A stretch of DNA of 64,000 nt from Paraspadella gotoi (lineage: Eukaryota > Animalia > Chaetognatha), in contig CM119270.1 of the NCBI GenBank assembly GCA_051294375.1, positions 3,542,672-3,606,671 of the forward strand, in the 5' to 3' direction. Positions 27,434 to 64,000 of this stretch are shown here, piece after piece (within the stretch, counting starts at the first letter, position 1; the number at the start of each line of letters is the position of its first letter). A program made the translations under genes and the position numbers. Below the pieces are notes generated by a model. It was not told the origin of the DNA. It was given only the letters and a program-made list of their open reading frames with translations, and ran no database searches.

Positions 27434-27544
27434 GCGGAGCGGTTTTATCGGCGGCGAGCGAAAAGGGGCGAGAGGTTGGTAGACGCGGCGGGAAGAGAGA
27501 GCGGTGGTGGGAGGGAGAGGGGGGCGGGGAGAAGGGAATCCACC
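21000..27544 (-). other. Putative long U-rich 3' UTR of ELAV (distal boundary uncertain)
   Basis: No credible ORF; many poly-U tracts on the transcript strand; minus-strand AATAAA near 25026, 24498, 22807 and 22404. Confidence 0.5.
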
Positions 27545-57341
<29,797 letters not shown>

Positions 57342-57732
57342 CTGTGGAAGGAGAAAGCGGGGGTAGGGAAGGAGGGTGGGAAAGGTTTTTTTTTATTAAA
57401 GCCCAGTATTTTGATATTTTGAAATCCGAGTTATGAAATTAGCCGCGGTTTTTTTAACTTAGCATGATTTTAACGAATGTTGTACGATTCGATAGCAAGC
57501 CCTTAACAACTATCGAACGCTTATGATTAAACTGCTTTTTGATTGTACTGAATATTGATTACTATTTAGTAAATTTGTATAACGAATTTTCGTCGAGCCA
57601 ACAACTCTCTCTCTAAACGGCTGATCCCTGGTAGAACCGCCTGACGCCATCTGCAAATGCCAGCCAAAAATTTTCACCGAGATTTAAAGAAGCGTCAATC
57701 TTTTGGACGTGAGTATAGAGAGACAGAGAGGA

Positions 57733-57774
<42 letters not shown>

Positions 57775-58248
57775 TTGTGAGAGAGAGCGAGTCACCATCC
57801 AACACGTCACCTCGGCCACGACCTTGGGAGGGATTTTCTCCGGCTTAGTTTAACACTGATCGATTTCACAATATAATTTATAGAAATTCCGCTAGAGGTT
57901 TGAGCGGCGTTTCACGTTGGATCGTTCGGGATTCGGTTCGGTTAACTATATTTTAATTTAATATAATATTTTAATTTTTTCCAAAATAATTGTATTTTGA
58001 TTTTCCTCTTCACCAATTCTAATTTTTTTTTAAACATTTAGTAATCGTCTTCAAGTTTTAAATAACCCGTTTTCTGGATGAAATGAAGATTTTATCGATT
58101 TTTTTACAAAATTATCTAATTTATAACTAATTAATAACTTTTTTATAATGAATGAAATATGCAAGAACACTCACAGCCACTGGCTCTGTTTGTTTTGTTA
58201 CTGTATTTAAAAAAAAAGCGTTGGTGAATAATCCTCAGATCAACTCAC

Positions 58249-58290
58249 CATCAACAAAGAACTAAGGACCGCAACCAAGGACAAACTGTA
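58249..58290 (-). CDS. Candidate 42-nt exon ending in ATG, possible start of the long ELAV isoform
   Basis: tttattttag|TAC...TTG ATG|gtgagt. The phase 0 donor fits exon 57101-57341. Motif-only evidence. Confidence 0.4.
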
Positions 58291-58479
58291 CTAAAATAAA
58301 CTGTTTTTCATTATAGTTTCCTTTATGGTGTCCCCTAACTGTACAAACCAATGCAAAAACCCTACGTCCTTTCAACCCATGAATATCGCCAGTCATTTCG
58401 TTGCCCATATTTCTCGACGACACAGCTCCGTCTCGAGGCCGATAATTTCCTTCTTCTCTGCCAGCGTTTCTCTTGTTTG

Positions 58480-59750
58480 CCATTTTATTTCCTTTTCTCT
58501 CTTTTTTTTTATTCCTTTTGATTCTTATCTTTACTCCCTTATTCTCTCCCTTTCTCTTTTCTTTCTTCTCTTCTTTCATCCCTTTCATTCTCCATATGCC
58601 TTTTCTTTCTACCCTTTCCTTTCACTTTTTCCCTTTTATTTCCTTCCTTTCTCTCACCCTTTCCCTTTTCTTTTCTCCCTTTGTCTCAACCTTTTTCTTT
58701 TCTTTCCTCTCTTTCCTTTCTCCCTTTCCCTTTACTTTCCTTCCTTTCCTTTCTCCATTCCCCTTTATTTTTCTCCCTTTCTCTCAACCTTTCCCTTTTC
58801 TTTTCTCCCTTTTTTCTCCCCTTTCCTTTCTCTCTTTCCCTTTAATTTCCTTCCTTTCTATCTCTCTTTCTCTTTTCTTTCCTCCTTTTTCTTCTCTCCT
58901 TTTCTTTCTCCCTTTCCCCTCTATTTCCTTCCTTTCTCTCACCCTTTCTCTTTTCTTTCCTTCCTTTCCTTTCTCCCTTCCCCTTTTCTTTCCTCCCTTT
59001 TTCTCCCTTTTCATTTTTCGTCTTTTCCTTCCTTTTTCACTCCCTGGTTCCTAATATTTTTTTTTGGGGGGGGGCTTTCTTTATTGTGTTTATTTTTTTC
59101 AGCTCACTTTCAGCTTTCTCGTTTTTCCATTCCACCCTTCTTATTCTCTCTTCCTCCCTTTCCTTTTTTTTCCATTGATTCGATTCTGTTTTCCTTATCC
59201 TTTTTTCAAGCTTATTTCCATATCGACCTCCTTTTTTTAAGTCTCTTTCCTTCATTTTCTTTCTCCCCGTTCTCCTTTCCCCATTCCTCTTTTTTTAAAC
59301 CTCCCCTTACATTCACTTTCTCCACCTCCTTCCTCCCTGTTATCCTTTCCTCATTCCTCCTTTTTTCACCTCCTCTTACATTGTCTTTTCTTCATCTCCT
59401 TCCTCCCTGTTCTCCTTTCCTCCTTTCTTTTTTTTCACCTCCCCTTAAATTCTCTTTCCTTCATTCTCTTCCCGTTCTCCTTTCCTCATTCCTCCTTTCT
59501 ACCTCCCCCTTACTATTCTTCTTTCCTTCATCTCCTTCCTCCCCGTTCTCCTTTCCTCACTCCTCCTTTTTTCACTCCCCTTAAATTTTCTTTCCTTCAT
59601 ATCCTTCCTCCCCGTTCTCCTTTCCTCATTCCTCCTTTCTACCTCCCCTTTAAATTCTCTTTCCTTCATCTCCTTCCTCCGCGTTCTCCTTTCCTCACTC
59701 CTCCTTTTTCACCTCCCCTTAAATTTTCTTTCCTCCCTTCCTCCTTTTTT
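58480..59750 (+). repeat. 1.3-kb polypyrimidine low-complexity tract, with a minisatellite of about 60-65 bp at 59260-59740
   Basis: Almost pure C/T; repeating cctccccttaaattctctttccttcat..cgttctcctttcctca. Confidence 0.85.
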
Positions 59751-59861
59751 TTTTATCAGTTCGGATCTCCATTTCTCATCATGGGGCGCGGCGATGGCGT
59801 TCGCCGCTGAAGAAGAAAGAGGAGAGCGCGCTCTTTTCCTTCCGGCGGCGCGAAGCGAGAG

Positions 59862-59934
<73 letters not shown>

Positions 59935-60167
59935 GCGCGCTGCGCAATCGTCTATTTAGCGGGACGAAGGCGCTGGAAGCGGGAAAAAAGGGAGCGAAAA
60001 ACGCCACGCCGGAAAGAACCATGACGCCGCCCCATGAGCGCCGCCCATGAGCGAGCGATGGCATGGAACGGAGAGCAACTCGCCCGATAGAAATATGGGT
60101 GTTGGTCGGCGGAAGGCCGATCGTTTTTCTCGAACGGAGAAAACCGAGGAAACGATCTTGCCCCCCT

Positions 60168-60203
<36 letters not shown>

Positions 60204-61378
60204 CTCTCTCCTCTCTCTCTTCTGTTATTTTCCTTTCTTTTTTACGATGACCATGAACGCGCACTGGAGAAGAAAGAGTCGAAAGAAGGGAGAAGGAAAA
60301 AAAATTTGGCAGAAAAAAATCCGTTTCTTTTCATTTTGTAAAGTGAAAAAGGCACTATTTTTCGAAAGTACCCATTTTTTTCATTTATTAATTTTAACGT
60401 TAATATTTAACTTTAATCGGTTATAATATGTATATATCTATATACCTTAATTCTTAATGAAATCCCAAATACTAATCCATAACTGTATTTTAATCCTTAA
60501 CTGTAACTATAATCATTAACCGAATCCCTTATCTTTAACCCTAACCCCTGATATTTTAACCCTAAACCTTGAGCTTTAATACCTAACCATAATTTTTGAC
60601 CCTAACCCTATCAGAAGCTAATCCAAACCTTATCTTTAGCCTAATCTTTTACCTAATTTTTAACCCTAACCTAATTTAATTCTGAATTTGAGATGAAATA
60701 AGGCGTATTTGGAAAATAAGCCAGACTTGGAGTGAAATGCAACGAGGCGCTTGTTTTTCCAAATTTTGATAAGGGAATAAATCACGATTTGAAGAAACTT
60801 AAACTTTGAATAAGAGAAAAAAAAGTTCACGATTTTAAAAAAAAAAAAAAAAATAAGGTACACTGAGATGGAACCATCCTAAAAGTAGAATTGGAAACTT
60901 TGTGACAATCGCTATTTGCAGTTTTTATTTGTGAAATGAGAACTTGGGGGGGGGAAGAAGACTCTGTCAACATAAGAAATTCAATGTGAAAAATGTTGGA
61001 CTTAAACTAAACGTTGGATCAAAAATGAAAACTCATTTCGTTCGTGACTATTTAAAGTATGATTAGGTTAAATATAATTAATCATCATTGATTATTACTT
61101 TGTATTATTACAATTATTACTTTTAAGCTCAACTTGTAAGCATGAATTATGAATTTTAAAAAGAATGAATCTGAAAACGAAATTTCAATGCGAGTTATGG
61201 AAAATCTAAAAAAAATTGAAAAGNNNNNNNNNNNNNNNNNNNNNNNNNTTTCTTTCCTCCCTTCCTCCTTTTTTTTTTATCAGTTCGGATCTCCATTTCT
61301 CATCATGGGGCGCGGCGATGGCGTTCGCCGCCGAAGAAGAAAGAGGAGAGCGCGCTCTTTTCCTTCCGGCGGCGCGCA

Positions 61379-61461
<83 letters not shown>

Positions 61462-61691
61462 GCGCGCTGCGCAATCGTCTATTTAGCGGGACGAAGGCGC
61501 TGGAAGCGGGAAAAAAAGGGAGCGAAAAACGCCACGCCGGAAGAACCATGACGCCGCCCCATGAGCGCCGCCCCATGAGCGAGCGATGGCATGGAACGGA
61601 GAGCAACTCGCCCGATAGAAATATGGGTGTTGGTCGGCGGAAGGCCGATCGTTTTCTCGAACGGAGAAAACCGAGGAAACGATCTTGCCCC

Positions 61692-61736
<45 letters not shown>

Positions 61737-62751
61737 GTTATTTTCCTTTCTTTTTTACGATGACCATGAACGCGCACTGGAGAAGAAAGAGTCGAAAGAA
61801 GGGAGAAGGAAAAAAAATTTGGCAGAAAAAAAATCCGTTTCTTTTCATTTTTGAAAAGTGAAAAAGGCACTATTTTTCGAAAGTACCCCATTTTTCATTT
61901 ATTAATTTTAACGTTAATATTTAACTTTAATCGGTTATAATATGTATATATCTATATAACTTAATTCTTAATGAAATCCCAAATACTAATCCATAACTGT
62001 ATTTTAATCCTTAACTGTAACTATAATCATTAACCCGAATCCCTTATCTTTAACCCTAACCCCTGATATTTAACCCTAAACCTTGAGCTTTATACCTAAC
62101 CATAATTTTTGACCCTAACCCTAATCAGTAAGCTAATCCCAAACCTTAATCTTTAGCCTAATCTTTTACCTAATTTTTAACCCTAACCTAATTTAATTCT
62201 GAATTTGAGATGAAATAAGGCGTATTTGGAAAATAAGCCAGACTGGAGTGAAATGCAACGAGGCGCTTGTTTTTCCAAATTTGATAAGGGAATAAATCAC
62301 GATTTGAAGAAACTAAACTTTGAATAAGAGAAAAAAAAGTTCACGATTTAANNNNNNNNNNAAAAAATAAGGTTACACTGAGATGGAACAATCCTAAAAT
62401 AAGGTTACACTGAGATGGAACAATCCTAAAAGTAGAATTGAAACTTTGTGACAATCGCTATTTGCAGTTTTTATTTGTGAAATGAGAACTTGGGGGGGGG
62501 GAAGAAGACTCTGTCAACATAAGAAATTCAATGTGAAAAAATGTTGGACTTAAACTAAACGTTGGATCAAAAATAAACTCATTTCGTTCGTGACTATTTA
62601 ATAAAGTATGATTAGGATTAAATATAATTAATCATCATTGATTATTACTTTGTATTATTATAATTATTACTTTTGAGCTCAACTTGTAAGCATGAATTAT
62701 GAATTTTAAAAAAAGAATGAATCTGAACACGAAATTTTCAATGCGAGTTAT
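59728..62751 (+). repeat. 1.5-kb tandem near-identical duplication (59728-61198 and 61249-62751) separated by an N gap
   Basis: Copies differ only by small indels and microsatellite length; gaps at 61224-61248 and 62752-63546. Confidence 0.9.
60351..60722. mobile_element. MITE with about 28-bp imperfect TIRs and internal CCCTAA-like repeats (duplicated at 61866-62239)
   Basis: Left ggcactatttttcgaaagtacccatttt, right aaataaggcgtatttggaaaataagcc; interior has degenerate aaccctaa units. Confidence 0.7.
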
Positions 62752-64000
62752 NNNNNNNNNNNNNNNNNNNNNNNNNNNNNNNNNNNNNNNNNNNNNNNNN
62801 NNNNNNNNNNNNNNNNNNNNNNNNNNNNNNNNNNNNNNNNNNNNNNNNNNNNNNNNNNNNNNNNNNNNNNNNNNNNNNNNNNNNNNNNNNNNNNNNNNNN
62901 NNNNNNNNNNNNNNNNNNNNNNNNNNNNNNNNNNNNNNNNNNNNNNNNNNNNNNNNNNNNNNNNNNNNNNNNNNNNNNNNNNNNNNNNNNNNNNNNNNNN
63001 NNNNNNNNNNNNNNNNNNNNNNNNNNNNNNNNNNNNNNNNNNNNNNNNNNNNNNNNNNNNNNNNNNNNNNNNNNNNNNNNNNNNNNNNNNNNNNNNNNNN
63101 NNNNNNNNNNNNNNNNNNNNNNNNNNNNNNNNNNNNNNNNNNNNNNNNNNNNNNNNNNNNNNNNNNNNNNNNNNNNNNNNNNNNNNNNNNNNNNNNNNNN
63201 NNNNNNNNNNNNNNNNNNNNNNNNNNNNNNNNNNNNNNNNNNNNNNNNNNNNNNNNNNNNNNNNNNNNNNNNNNNNNNNNNNNNNNNNNNNNNNNNNNNN
63301 NNNNNNNNNNNNNNNNNNNNNNNNNNNNNNNNNNNNNNNNNNNNNNNNNNNNNNNNNNNNNNNNNNNNNNNNNNNNNNNNNNNNNNNNNNNNNNNNNNNN
63401 NNNNNNNNNNNNNNNNNNNNNNNNNNNNNNNNNNNNNNNNNNNNNNNNNNNNNNNNNNNNNNNNNNNNNNNNNNNNNNNNNNNNNNNNNNNNNNNNNNNN
63501 NNNNNNNNNNNNNNNNNNNNNNNNNNNNNNNNNNNNNNNNNNNNNNTTTTTTTTTTCTTAATCTCTCCACTAATTTTCGTCGTTTTCTCTTCCCGGTGAG
63601 ACAGAGACAGAGACGAGAGACAAAGCGCACACGGAGAAAGAGAGAATGGAAAAAATTGTGTGTGAGAGTCTGCGTGCGTCAAAGTTAAGGAAAAAAAAAA
63701 GCGGTCGTGAACCGAATCAAAATAAGAAGAATAAAGAGGAACAGGCTAAAAATACAGCTAATCTTTGAAAAAAACTGCTGCTGGTTTAGATTCCGGCGTT
63801 GCTGTTGTTGTCGGAGCCCGTGCGTTGCACTCAGCAAGCAAACTGAACTAGGAATGAGGTTAAAAAATGGCTGCCTACTCCGGCCTCTCAACGGATGGAG
63901 AGAAGGAAGGAGAGATAGAAGGAGAGAAAGTGAAAGGAAAGAACCGGGGCGGAGGCAGCGAGAAGCGGAGTTGGCGGGGAGGGAGAGACGGCTGCGGCGG

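Noticed and set aside
58325-59584. 419-aa Phe/Leu/Ser/Pro ORF
   Set aside because: Artefact of a polypyrimidine tract that cannot form stop codons; no domain or coding signal.
59728-62751. Tandem duplication as a real gene or regulatory duplication
   Set aside because: Near-identical copies are separated and followed by N gaps, typical of uncollapsed haplotypes or scaffold overlap. Needs long reads.
62635-63688. Long ORFs across N gaps (also 16927-17577 and 48370-49119)
   Set aside because: Open only because of Ns.

Overview
Animal (invertebrate-like) genomic DNA, AT-rich and dense in (AG)n, (GAC)n and (GAAA)n microsatellites, with five N gaps. No prokaryotic features and no CRISPR array. 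The main feature is a minus-strand ELAV/Hu-family RNA-binding protein gene (3 RRMs) spanning about 27.5-58.3 kb; its exons were chained by hand with GT-AG junctions and matching phases. Points of interest in this gene: (i) an in-frame alternative last exon (32582-33296) with its own poly(A) signals, which would replace RRM3 with a 237-aa Pro/Ala-rich tail; (ii) two symmetric hinge cassette exons (42 and 273 nt) and a possible frame-shifting exon; (iii) about 326 codons of open N-terminal extension upstream of the conventional ATG. The window also holds a candidate low-complexity orphan gene on the plus strand (18.7-20.6 kb), a degenerate Tc1 transposase, a 232-bp TG..CA element with 6-bp TSDs and an internal tRNA-like module (2 copies), a MITE family with telomere-like repeats, a DINE-1/HINE-like element, minisatellites and a probably artefactual 1.5-kb tandem duplication. 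All gene models come from sequence alone and need RNA evidence.
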